DNA from: Pseudogymnoascus verrucosus
Taxonomy: Eukaryota
DNA: 64,000 bases
Direction: 5' to 3' (one strand)
Assembly (NCBI GenBank): GCA_001662655.1
Contig: KV460226.1
Positions within the stretch are counted from its first letter, which is position 1. Every line of letters begins with the position of its first letter. A program made the translations under genes and the position numbers. This document shows positions 63,662-64,000 of this stretch, piece after piece. Under the pieces are notes generated by a model. The model worked only from the letters and a program-made list of their open reading frames with translations, was not told the DNA's origin and ran no database searches.

Positions 63662-64000
63662 AAGAAGATCTCACGGTATAGTAGATTATCTCTCGTTTAT
63701 TAGTATGCCTTCCCGAGTTTCAACCAAAGGACCATCTCTTCTCTGGTCATGAGTCCGCAAAGTCTCGATTTCTGCCATTCCGGAGAGTTCAGCCAATAAC
63801 TATTTGCCAAACTTTCTGTGATTATCGTGTGCGGGTCAGGGTATCACTATATGAGGGGCACAGAGACAAAATCCGGGGCTGAACGTCAAATTATACGTTG
63901 TGTGAGTCTATCTTTTCATTTATAGGGTGGTGACCACCGACACTGCCAATGGCGGGACTCTCCCCCGGCCCATCGGCTTCCATCATTCTGGTTTAATGTG

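Overview
Eukaryotic, intron-containing DNA from a filamentous ascomycete. GT-AG introns carry CTAAC/CTGAC branch sites. A Leotiomycete, possibly Pseudogymnoascus-like, is an inference only. About 1-27.5 kb holds conserved, mostly GC-rich housekeeping genes: a CSC1/OSCA channel (partial), a HypA/questin-oxidase-like gene, a PL4 rhamnogalacturonan lyase, an Ssp1/Sak1-like kinase, COX18, ALG11, an MGMT-like gene, SFH5, MTR4, COX8/VIIc, ARO2 and lipoate-protein ligase. About 27.6-53.8 kb is a visibly more AT-rich block of 11 contiguous secondary-metabolism-type genes with no PKS, NRPS, terpene synthase or DMATS. It contains a cupin, an AMP-dependent ligase, a TauD-type dioxygenase, an MFS transporter, an IPNS-like 2OG-Fe(II) oxygenase, an intronless membrane-anchored heme-oxygenase-like dimetal oxidase (HDO), a secreted carboxylesterase, a secreted multicopper oxidase, a P450 and two O-methyltransferases. 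An alcohol acetyltransferase lies just outside its right edge. This HDO-centred, core-less candidate biosynthetic cluster is the main finding. The right end carries an AA9 LPMO, a CFEM/GPI protein and about 4.5 kb with no recognisable gene. Gene spans include introns. All family assignments come from reading motifs by eye; no database searches were run.
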